A stretch of DNA of 33,313 bases from assembly GCF_001949145.1 (NCBI RefSeq), contig NW_019091356.1, forward strand, positions 2,081,746 through 2,115,058. The letters are read 5' to 3'. This document shows positions 22,807-33,313 of this stretch, in pieces (within the stretch, counting starts at the first letter, position 1; every line of letters begins with the position of its first letter). The translations under genes and the position numbers were made by a program. The notes under the pieces were generated by a model. It saw only the letters and a list, made by a program, of their open reading frames with translations. It searched no databases and was not told where the DNA came from. This DNA comes from Acanthaster planci. Lineage: Eukaryota.

Positions 22807-23559
22807 GTCTCTTAATCTACATAAACAGTAACATATTCGTATTTAACATCGCTGATTTCCACTTGTGAAATACAAACTAAAAAGACTGATCAGTTTGACT
22901 GAACAGGAAAACTGTCTTGCTGGCAACATGCACTTATCTTGGAATGAAAATAGATGTCCTCTGGATAGACTTTTGACTCACCGCATTTCATGCAACAATT
23001 AAAAAAAAAATTTGTCTGGTCGGAGTTGCCATCTCCATAACATGAAAACACTGATAATAAACTTGTCTAAGTTACTTCTACTGCAGGCAAGGATAAATCC
23101 AGACAATATTTCAAATTTACTAAGATTTCAGTATTAAAATGCATGTGTTTCAATCCTTTCATCGTCTGGGATAACGAGTTTTCTTTCCACAGGCAAGTGT
23201 AAATCGTAAGTTTGCTCCAATCTGACAGCTTGCCATTTGAAAAATTGTAGCCAGATTCAGGACGGTACAGCCCAGTCCCTGTCACTTTGCAGCCCTCAAC
23301 TTTTGAAAAAAAAAAATCCCAAAAGATGAAATGCATTCCACTGAGAGTAATTCACAGGATTGTGACAGAAAGAAGTGTCAAAAAGGTCACACTCACATTT
23401 CCCATCTGCAACAATCAAGAACATGCCCTTAAGAGGGCAAGCACAGGCTATGTGTGTACCTAAAATGTGCACAAGGCTTGGGTATGCATATAAGCCAATG
23501 CATTTTATTTCACTAGAACAAAATCTGCTGGTCAGCTTAGCTTCTTGGCCTTTTTTTTA

Positions 23560-23835
23560 CACTGTTACGTGACTACCATTTATTTAGAACAAAACAATAT
23601 AATGCTTACATTGATACGCAATTATAATTTAAAAGATTAATTACTCAATTCATTACAAATACCTCCAACTACATGTGCATGTAGCCACACCTACAACCAT
23701 ACTTAAATACAAGGCTGAGACATGTACATGCCATGATAACAGTCTGTAATCTGACTCTCCTGCGCGCTAGTATTTGTCGATCATCTTGCATTGTTACAAC
23801 GACCCTGCTTCATGGGATAAGATGACTACCGTCAG
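23560..23835 (-). other. ATIC: Candidate terminal 3'UTR exon of ATIC with polyA signal
   Basis: Minus-strand acceptor ttctttctttgtcctccag at 23836, donor gtaagt at 24338, and AATAAA on the minus strand at 23579-23584. Confidence 0.45.
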
Positions 23836-24360
23836 CTGGAGGACAAAGAAAGAACACACCAGAAAAAAATGGTTTCACGACCTCTGACTCAAATCTGCAG
23901 TTTGGGTGTTAGCACAGGAATAGGATGGCGAAAGTTGAAAAAGCTGGCCAATATTTGGTTGAGGAATCTAAGGATTTTACTTTCTAAACTCCAAATCTAT
24001 TTTGACAGGCAGGTGGAAAGGCACTGCTATACAAGTACCCATAAAAAAGGAAAAAAAATGCTGTCTTCATCCTTCACGGGAATTAAGTAATCTGTCAAGA
24101 TGCAAAAAGAAACATGCAGTGGAAGGCCCAAGATTTCATGTAACTGTCACATCATGGAGGCAATATCTTTAATGTTTTTTGTCTGCTCTTGAAAACAAGA
24201 ACACCTGAAAAAGTTGACTAAAAATTCGCCAGACCGTGGTATTACGGCCACGTTCTTTCTGTTGACGAGGTGTCTCAGGACAGATCATTTCTTCCCCTCA
24301 TTTTGATTAACAAGGCTACAGAGAAGGGCTCTACTTACCCCACGGTGCCATCCGTTTCTT

Positions 24361-24480
24361 CTAGTGGTGGAACAGGCGGACATTGGTGTGAGCCAGAGCT
24401 ATGCCGTGCTCATCGCAAGCCTGTATGATGGCCTGGTCTTGCACAGCTCCGGCCGGACTGGCGATAAACTCTACCCCACT
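24361..24480 (-). CDS. ATIC: ATIC/PurH (AICAR transformylase/IMP cyclohydrolase), last coding exon
   Basis: [39 protein letters not shown], the canonical RLFHH C-terminus. AG acceptor; 120 bp. Confidence 0.97.
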   Translation of the reverse strand, partial: SGVEFIASPAGAVQDQAIIQACDEHGIALAHTNVRLFHH

Positions 24481-25184
24481 CTGGTCCAAAAGAACAAAAG
24501 CCATCAATAAGTTGGGTACTGGGTTACTCCACGCCAAATCGGTCCCTAAACTTCAGAACAAATTGTTGAATGACTGACTTAGATATTTTAAAACTTTCAG
24601 CATACATATACTCCACAAAGACATTTTCAGTTCCCGACTGTTATTCAAACATGCCTTGGTTTTTCAATCTTCTAAAAAGCTACGGTACGTGGACTTGTTT
24701 TCTGAGACAAAAATGCCAAAAGATCAGTGCCAAGACATTTCAAAAATTTCAACCAACATGAAACTTTGCACAAATCTCAAACAACCCCTTACAAATTGTA
24801 CATTTCACAGTTCATCTATTGACCAGAGTCATTCTGTTTGAGATAATTCAAGGTCCTCAGCTAAAACCTCTGAGAAAGATACAATTGATAACAGACTTCC
24901 TGATAATCCAAGTATCCTGAACTCGTTTAATCAAAAGAGCGACTGAATTTAATAGCGATGTTGCTACCAAGTCCCTTGTACATCATTTTGAATTGACAAA
25001 TTGAAACCCCGAAAAGTTCCATGGTGACGAGTCAGCTTTGAATCCACTCACGCCACTACTCGAAAGTCTGACAATGAGAACAGCCTCGAGCAACTTCAAT
25101 CAAGGACTACAGTTAACAACAGTTCCACTAACTCTGACCAAATGCACGCTTGTCAACGATGGATGCACTAGTCTCCGGCCTCAC

Positions 25185-25280
25185 CTGATGAGCACGATCG
25201 ATGTTGTCACGGAAGGGGAAGAAGGCATCCGAGCTGAGGGCCACTCCCTTCAGTTTGGCCAGCCAGTCCTTGCGCTCCGC
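25185..25280 (-). CDS. ATIC: ATIC exon
   Basis: [32 protein letters not shown] with the SDAFFPF motif. AG/GT boundaries; 96 bp. Confidence 0.96.
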
Positions 25281-26004
25281 CTTCACAGATGGAAAATGCA
25301 CAACACTCATTACAATATCATTTCCCCCAATCCGTAACAGTCCAAAATCCTCAACTTCCAATATGATTTTACGTACACCGTCAGGGTTAGGGTTAAAACA
25401 GATAAAACGTCAGCAGATTCAGTTTCACAAGTTAAATATCGCTAGGCTTATGAAAACTATTTATAAACTGAGAGTATGACCAACTAAAAGACAGACGAGC
25501 ACGCTTGTTAAGTCCCAAAAAGCCAATTCTTTTTTACCTTTTTCCAACCGAACAGTCAAACATTTTCAAAATCCAACCAAATGCAGAGCTCCAAGCAAAT
25601 TTACATATGCAGGTCTGCACAATATTTGAATTTCAAAATCAGCGAACAAATTCACCGAACTGAGAAAATTGTGGCATATCTGACGAACCGGCGAATACGA
25701 AATATCAATGTTTTCAAGAAAAACACGTTTTCAGTTGAGCAGTTATTGCATACTCATTTTTGACATTCGACCCTCTTTTGATCTGTGTCTAAAACATACA
25801 AAATTGGTCTTTGAAGTGATTTCCTAATCAGTATTTCTGGCTCTATGAGCAATACATTGAATACCGTTGCCAAACCCATTCGTCAGTTAGTGAGATAAAA
25901 TCTGGAAATCACCAGAAAGGTCAAACAGACGCCAGTTTGTCGGATATGCAATGCACTGTTCTCAGTCAACAACACTGCAAGCAAAGAAAAGAGTCGTCCA
26001 CATC

Positions 26005-26244
26005 AATAGACTGATCCATTAAGCCCCGCCCCATTGTGTTCTGACCAATCACAGATTGACGTCCGACACACCTGCACAAATGTCCAACATACTTGCACAC
26101 ACATCTGATGGCCGTGGGTGGAACAAGCAGTATGGCACTGGAGAAGAACACTCACTGAGTGCCCACGTTCACAGGGGGCTGCCCGCGTGCACAGGGGGCT
26201 GCCCGCGTGCACAGGGGGGCTGGGACTTACTGGATCTGTCTATT
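26005..26244. mobile_element. MITE with internal 20-bp tandem repeat
   Basis: TIRs aatagactgatcca and tggatctgtctatt; three copies of gcccgcgtgcacagggggct at 26161-26221. A related terminus tggatcagtctatt lies at about 3616-3629. Confidence 0.6.
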
Positions 26245-26280
26245 CGCTTCATGACCAAATAGCAAATACATGTATCTTAC

Positions 26281-26340
26281 TTCAGTCAGCTGTTCAGGGA
26301 CGGTCTGCAGAGAGCCTTCCCATGTGTCTTTATCCATGTC
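26281..26340 (-). CDS. ATIC: ATIC exon
   Basis: DMDKDTWEGSLQTVPEQLTE; AG/GTAAG boundaries; 60 bp, in phase with neighbours. Confidence 0.9.
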
Positions 26341-26721
26341 CTGAGAGAAACCGACACAAATCATTGTCAGTGATTCAAGCGAGCAGGCAAGTGAACAAGA
26401 AAGATTTCACACTTGCTGTGTGGGTTAGTTCACTCCACGGCTACTTTCAATGATATGCCCACCGTCGCTGATGAAGTTATGCCCATTCCAACTGCCACAA
26501 TACTGAACATGCCTCTAAGTTTCACAATGAGAACGATTACTTCAGAATTGTTTTCAAATGCCTTTTTCGTTACAAATCAGAATCTGTTGCAGGTTGATAT
26601 TGTTTTTTTATTGTCGTATCATGGACTGCTACCCGCAACGATAAGACGACACCTCATAAATTACACAGTACTGTTCAGAATACAACATTGGAGTTGATTT
26701 CCTGATTGTGTGTGGTCCTAC

Positions 26722-26830
26722 CTGACTAACTGTCCCGTTGACGTAGACATCGATGATGTTGGACCTCTCGGCTCTCTTGACGCCTTCCTTGAAGGAAAGA
26801 CCCAGAACTTTGGGATGCTGACGTAGCCAC
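26722..26830 (-). CDS. ATIC: ATIC exon
   Basis: (W)[36 protein letters not shown]; 109 bp, phase consistent. Confidence 0.95.
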
Positions 26831-27895
26831 CTGAGAAGCAGAGAGAGAATGAGGAGGAACCAGCACCAAAGGAAACCACTCCACTTGGTAGTTTTCCTCT
26901 GGGTCTATAGTTAATACAAGTTAGTAGACACAACTTCACGTTACAGCCCATCCAGCTCCGAGGAATATATTCTGAAGTGCTCTGTCACCGTGGAGAGGAC
27001 GGAATTTAGAAAATGGTCCTGGCACATAAAGTCAGTTAAATTCTCAGTTCCGAGGCTTGAAATCCTTCGCAACTTGAGAGATTTTCTCACTGAGCCAACT
27101 AATGGCTCTAAAGTGTTTATGTAATTCCTAGCCATTATTTCAGAAGAAAAACTGAGATCAAGTGTCCCTAGAAAATTCAGAACATCCAAGCATGCATGTG
27201 TAAACACTTGACCGCGGATGACGCGTAGATGCATAATTTTCCTTATGTGTTCGATCGTTCAAGAATTCTTTTTTTTTCATTTTCGAGGTTAACGTATTCA
27301 TGTGCCGTGCCTGGCTGAGTCAAAGTGCAATCGCAAGGTTGAAGAATTTGCAGGTAAAAACAACCACACCCCAGCGGGTAAGAAAATCTGACATTAACCC
27401 TAACCTTCCCCAACCACACAGAATTAAACAGTAGTAAAGTGTTTAATTCTGTGGGGATAGGTCCGGTAGGGCCCAGACAGCTGGCTTTTGCATTGGGTTC
27501 GTCATACCTCAGAAAAACAAAGTCCAACAGCCTCTGTGCACAAAGTCCCACATGGGTGTTTAACTTTGTGTGAATGGGGAAGGTTAGGTCCAGCAACCCT
27601 TGGGCAGTTACGGTTAACTGATAAATGCACAAGTTCAAATCCCAGGTATCATTGCAGTTGTGATAATTTCAATAAAAGGAAGAATAATCATCGCTGGTGC
27701 AACAAAACCAAACACAGGAAAAAAATGTTCTCTTTATGACTGCTTTAAATCTGCAGATAGCATGCCTTGCCGTTGTTGAATTGCACTGAATTCAGAAATG
27801 TGCCAAGAGAACGAGTCGGACAACACTGTATGGCCAAATTCATCATCATCGGGTTTTGATTATTATGGTGTGGAACATTACGCACACAAACTCAC

Positions 27896-28062
27896 CAGTT
27901 GTTGGCCTTATCGCCGGCCAGTCGGGTGCAGTGGATGCGCGATTGCTGGCCCGCCCCGCTCCCGATCACTTGACCGTCCAGAGCGTAGCACACCGAGTTG
28001 GACTGGGTGTACTTGACAGCAATGGTGGCCACAATCAGATCACGCAAGCCCCCTTCAGGCAA
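27896..28062 (-). CDS. ATIC: ATIC exon
   Basis: [55 protein letters not shown] with KYTQSNSV and GAGQQSR motifs; 167 bp. Confidence 0.97.
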
Positions 28063-28547
28063 CTGCTCCCCCCACCCCCCAAAAAAAACCCAAAACAGGT
28101 AATTTCAGATGACAAAGCTAAGAGACTCTGATTTCAACTTTGGAGTCACTGGGTTCAAGGCTACTAGCCGACACCCTTTCAGTCTCATTTCTACGTAACA
28201 TCTTCCCAATAGTGCCCCAAGGCCTTTACTCAGTGACTGTATTTGCGCATTGATTTGATATGGGCAGTGCACGATATTTTGCTTACAGGTTTTAGCTATT
28301 TCAACAATCACTGTAGAGTTGTTTACCTGTAATCTCACACGGCTTTCTAAGGATTATCAGATGACTTATCGTACCAGTGCCTGCTTAGTCACTTTGCAAC
28401 GATGCTGGACAGCGATTCACTTTGATAAACACACTGCATTGTTGAATGTTCATTTTTACACACTTTTGCACTGTCAATCAGCCCCTTTGGGCAAAGGAAT
28501 TAGTCTCCAAAATTCACAGCTTAGAATTTCTGAATGGCCATTCCTAC

Positions 28548-28676
28548 CTCCCGTCGCTTGGTCACCACGTTTTCAAAAAGTTTCTTGGTGACGACGGCAT
28601 TATTGCGCAGCTGCTGTAGCTGTAGGCCAAAGAGGGTACGCGTCTCCATGTCATCTGGCTCGTAATTGGGATCCAT
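28548..28676 (-). CDS. ATIC: ATIC exon
   Basis: [43 protein letters not shown]; 129 bp; AG/GT boundaries. Confidence 0.95.
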
Positions 28677-28730
28677 CTATACATGGTTCAAAGGAAATAC
28701 AAGTGACTTTCAATTACGCGGGTCAAAGAA

Positions 28731-28957
28731 CTGTATACTCAGTGTATGCCCCAAAGGCTTGTGAAAAAACCACAAGCGTACTCAGGTGGGACTCGAACCC
28801 AAGACCATCTGCTTACTAGTGCAGACATCTTAACCACTCGACCACCCGAGCTTGCCGGTGTCAGCTGGCTAGTTCGGATCAGATGTAGCAGCGGGTACTG
28901 CGAACAACTATTTGGTAAAATCAACACTCCATCACAAATCCATCTTTGAAAATAGTT
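28731..28957 (-). mobile_element. tRNA-Thr-derived repeat, copy 3 (in an ATIC intron), with inverted 5' segment
   Basis: Reverse complement reads ggcaagctcgggtggtcgagtggttaagatgtctgcactagtaagcagatggtcttgggttcgagtcccacctgagt. Segment 28928-28957 is in the opposite orientation. Confidence 0.7.
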
Positions 28958-30238
28958 TTAGATTAATCAAACAAAAATATGTAATTGAGTAACTGATACA
29001 TCAATTGATCAATCAAGACATCAAAAAACAGTTGAGGGCCTATTCACAAAGGTTCCCAGCAAAAATACTGTCAGGAACTTGGGATGAAATAATGCGGTTC
29101 GATACTTCAAAGGAGGAAGTATATGTATTTTGACATCAAATGTTACCATGGCAATGTAAATACATATGGAAGCACACCCGGTCCTGTAGGCTCAGTGACA
29201 CAAATATGGCCAATTGTGAGACTTTGGGAAATTTTGAAATTGGCATTTCAACAGTTTCAGTAAATATCATATGTTTGGCTGTGAAAATGTCCCCTAAACT
29301 GCAAGCTTAANNNNNNNNNNNNNNNNNNNNNNNNNNNNNNNNNNNNNNNNNNNNNNNNNNNNNNNNNNNNNNNNNNNNNNNNNNNNNNNNNNNNNNNNNN
29401 NNNNNNNNNNNNNNNNNNNNNNNNNNNNNNNNNNNNNNNNNNNNNNNNNNNNNNNNNNNNNNNNNNNNNNNNNNNNNNNNNNNNNNNNNNNNNNNNNNNN
29501 NNNNNNNNNNNNNNNNNNNNNNNNNNNNNNNNNNNNNNNNNNNNNNNNNNNNNNNNNNNNNNNNNNNNNNNNNNNNNNNNNNNNNNNNNNNNNNNNNNNN
29601 NNNNNNNNNNNNNNNNNNNNNNNNNNNNGCCACTTCACGTGAGTTTCTTTGAATGCACGTATCTAGATAAAAAAGAACGGGGAAATGTTCTGGCAGGCAG
29701 CTTGACAACTTCAGCTGTGCAAAATTACTTTTTACATGTAGTTACAACCCAATTTCAAGGGAGAATTATCCCCTTCACACTGGTAATTCCTTTGACTGTG
29801 ACTGCTGGGCTGTGGTATGCCCTGAATAGAGGGCTTTGTCCATCAGCAGGCCCCATTGAACCAGCAGCTGCATGGTGAATAGACTGTGTGTGTGGTATGC
29901 ACTAATCCTCACACAAAGCCGCAGCTCTTGCCGTCTCCCAAAGAAAGGGGTTAAGGGCAGGTGTCATTCCAGATTTCAAGATGTCTACAAGATAGCAAAT
30001 GCTACAACTCTTTTCAAATACTGATTTTTAAAATTTTTTTAGCAAGTTGCACTCTCTATATATTTTATACCTTGAAATGTTTGCATGTTTCAACTTTAAG
30101 CTTGTCGGAAAGCATAACAAATTTCTGTTAGTGAAATCCCATGGACACACGTGGTTCACCTTAATCACCTACACAGAACTTTTTTCAGTTTTAAAAACCT
30201 ATCAATTTCACGGAAGATGCTTTGAATTTCAAACCTCA

Positions 30239-30400
<162 letters not shown>

Positions 30401-30635
30401 TTAGTCATTGATTTAATTTTTTTTAGGGGGGGGTGCATTTTGCATTATATGTGTCATTCTTAGTTTGACTAGGTCTGCATTTTGAAGAACACTGACCACA
30501 CTGTGCCGTTTCTTACTTCGATGCTAATCTTTTTTCGACCGTATGAAAGATTACTAAGGAAATTTGACCTGTGGTCACCGAACGGTCCTTACTCGGACTT
30601 TCCCCCTAGATGTGAGGGTGTTTTAATAAACTCAC

Positions 30636-30740
30636 CCCTGGCCCTAGCATAGGCTGTTGCCAACGGTGTCAGGGGCATCAGATCATCCACCATGCAGAGC
30701 TTGGCCTGCTCGGGACTCAACTCCACGCCGACGGCAGCAC
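30636..30740 (-). CDS. ATIC: ATIC exon
   Basis: (G)[34 protein letters not shown](G); 105 bp. Confidence 0.95.
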
Positions 30741-31336
30741 CTGGGCAAAGCAAAGGGAGAGAGGCCGCCGTCATTTCACGCAAAGGCCGGTGTCTTCATT
30801 GTCTTTCAGTAAAATGAAAATGCCATTGATTTTTCATCTTGATGGATTACAAAAGGTTAAGGTAATTACAAGAGGGAAGTATCAGAAGTAAGGCTTAGCA
30901 ATGTGGACGGCTGATTATCGGGATTTTTTTTTATCACCGAAGCCATTGTGTGACCAAATGTCCGAGTGTGATATGTATGAATGGTCCATAAGATCTAATC
31001 TGTCAAATTTCATTCTCAAAAGGTACAAATCATGGCACTGGGCAATATGCCTCCACCATGGCGTAGCTGTCGTGCTTTTCTACTATTCAAAGCAATGTTA
31101 CCAAACAGATTATTTTTTCCAAATAGGAAAAATATTCTGTTCCCTTTTATAAATATGCAAAGATGTATCACTACTGCCAACGGGTCTACAGGGAACAAGA
31201 CAAGCATGGCAGTATTACGATAACAGTCTATAGCATATGCTGTTGCCCATGTGTACATCATACAAGGTATGGTGTATCAATCTATTTCACGGCCGTTTTA
31301 CAACCGTCCCACTTTTGTCAACATACGTCCGCCTAC

Positions 31337-31622
31337 CTGCCGGGCTGACGTGCTTGAAGGAGGTGGCCGCCGGTATCCCGAGGGCGGTCCGCAACTCCTT
31401 GACCAGCTGCCAGGCGTTGAGGGCGTCGCAGAGGTTGATGAACCCCGGCGACCCGTTCAGCACCTTCAGGGGCAGCTCGGTGCGGGTGGTGAACAGCTGG
31501 GCGGGCTTCTGGTGGGGGTTGGTGCCATAGCGGAGCCCCAGCTGCGCCGCGCCGCCGCCGCAGTACTGCTGGCGGAAGAAATCCGAGATGGCCGCGTCGT
31601 ACAAGGCAGTGTGAGTAAATGC
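31337..31622 (-). CDS. ATIC: ATIC exon
   Basis: [20 protein letters not shown]...LRYGTNPHQ...[22 protein letters not shown]...SFKHVSPA; 286 bp. Confidence 0.98.
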
Positions 31623-32196
31623 CTGTAGGAAAAGACGATAATAACACAACTCCATCAAAACGAAGCCAATCAGAGGAAATTTAAGAAATTTTTTACAAAA
31701 CCTGGCAAGTGGTTTGGCAATCATAAGCAAGAATTGGTTAAGTTGCCTCACTCTTGTCAACTCGTTTTGGGTACCGAGTGCTATATCATCACACGTAACT
31801 TTTGCCCAATCAGGAAGCAGGGCAGCTCGAATTTCCTCGCCAACCTCTTCTTTTTAAAATATAAAATTTTAAAATGTAAAACAAATACATTTTAATTTGA
31901 CCTCAATGTTTACTCAAAATCAAGATAGTTCCATCCAAAACACTCCGAGTTGAGAACCTGAACTATGTATTGTCTAACTAATTCAATCTACTTCACATGA
32001 CTGTGCCGACACAAAAAATGAAGAGACGACAGGGATGACATGAAAGGTTGCAGAAGTTCCACACGGGCAAAAAAAACCCTGCATCTCTGTAAAGGCTACA
32101 GCACAGGCTGGTCAAAAAACACAAGCATGGGGGATGGCTTCAACAGGCCCATGTGCCGTGCCTAGCTATAGCCATGTCATTGCGATGCGGCTGTAC

Positions 32197-32269
32197 CTTG
32201 ACGGCTAGCTTCTGCCTGGTTTCCAGCTTGGTGTCCTTGTCCACGCTGGCTTCAATCTCAGCCAGAACG
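32197..32269 (-). CDS. ATIC: ATIC exon
   Basis: (S)VLAEIEASVDKDTKLETRQKLAVK; 73 bp, in phase. Confidence 0.92.
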
Positions 32270-33096
32270 CTGCCACGGACAAAAGCAAAACATGACTTGG
32301 GCACTCGGCATGTTGATGCCCCTAATTTTGCTGGAGAAACTGAAATTCTGAGGGGGGGGATGTCGATTAGGGAGCGAAATGACGTGAAAACGGCACCGTC
32401 AATTAGACAAAGAGGGGCAAGTGAATTAGAGATTTGTCGAAGGGGCCCAAGAGACTGGATCCCCAGCCAGCAGCATCAGGATGAAAGCAAATCCATACTA
32501 TGCACATTTGACTGCTTCTTTCTACCCACAAGGGTGTGAAATTATGGTCCGACACTAGACATTAATGACCATTTGTACTACTTGGCTGACCAACAGCAGA
32601 CATGGTGTCAAAATGTCGGAGGGGGTTGGAATTTCACAATTAAACTTCAAAGAGCAAATCCTGATAGTAGTGGGTGTTTTTACGCAAACTTTTAATGACA
32701 TTGGGACTGTGAGTCTTCTCATGTGACCTTCATGTACGTGTGACCAAAAGCGGATAATTGTATTTAACCCTAACCCTCCTCAATCCTTCACCTGTTGGAG
32801 GACTGAGGAGTGTTAGGGTTAAAAAACAAGATTGATCATGCTGAAGAAATTTTGTCTGACCACTTTTTAAACCTAATTTTGCACTCTGACCCATCAACCC
32901 AAACGTCAGGAAAATCCAAATCCACGACCGATCTAAAGTAATCCAAATTAATTTGATGCTAAGGACAGCATACCCCTGCCAACATGGCCTTTTAATATAT
33001 ACGTCTTGATGTCTCGGGGGCAAAGTAAGAGAGATGAGATTTGGAGGGGGCGACCGGGATGCTTCCTGGCAGTACCGTGAGGAGAGGAGACGGTTA

Positions 33097-33264
<168 letters not shown>

Positions 33265-33313
33265 CTAAGGTCATCAAGCCTCTCCCATTAACTTTTAACC
33301 CTACCCCCTTAGG

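Noticed and set aside
26161..26221. Short direct repeats as a CRISPR-like array
   Set aside because: Contiguous 20-bp units with no spacers, inside a MITE in eukaryotic DNA.
31237..31647. Overlapping alternative-frame and plus-strand ORFs
   Set aside because: By-products of the GC-rich ATIC exon.

Overview
Eukaryotic, intron-containing, AT-rich draft-genome window with several N gaps. It is probably from a marine invertebrate, though the taxon cannot be fixed from sequence alone. The left half (+ strand) carries a tandem cluster of three strongly diverged AID/APOBEC-like cytidine deaminase genes. One is complete (14683-15648; HAE...SPCNEC). One is cut by an assembly gap but has an SPCSEC motif hidden upstream of the called ORF (6572-7333). 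One is seen only as a terminal exon (639-1100). All three share an unusual Trp-rich helical C-terminal region, about 170 aa where complete, built from W-x15-W repeats and ending in R-I/M-I/V-A-D-Y. The right half (- strand) holds ten in-phase coding exons of the purine biosynthesis gene ATIC/purH, which converges on the cluster; one further exon probably lies in a gap. Non-coding DNA contains a Penelope-like insertion with a hammerhead-ribozyme core and a 12-bp TSD, a tRNA-Thr(AGT)-containing repeat family with inverted 5' pieces, several MITEs, and local duplications.
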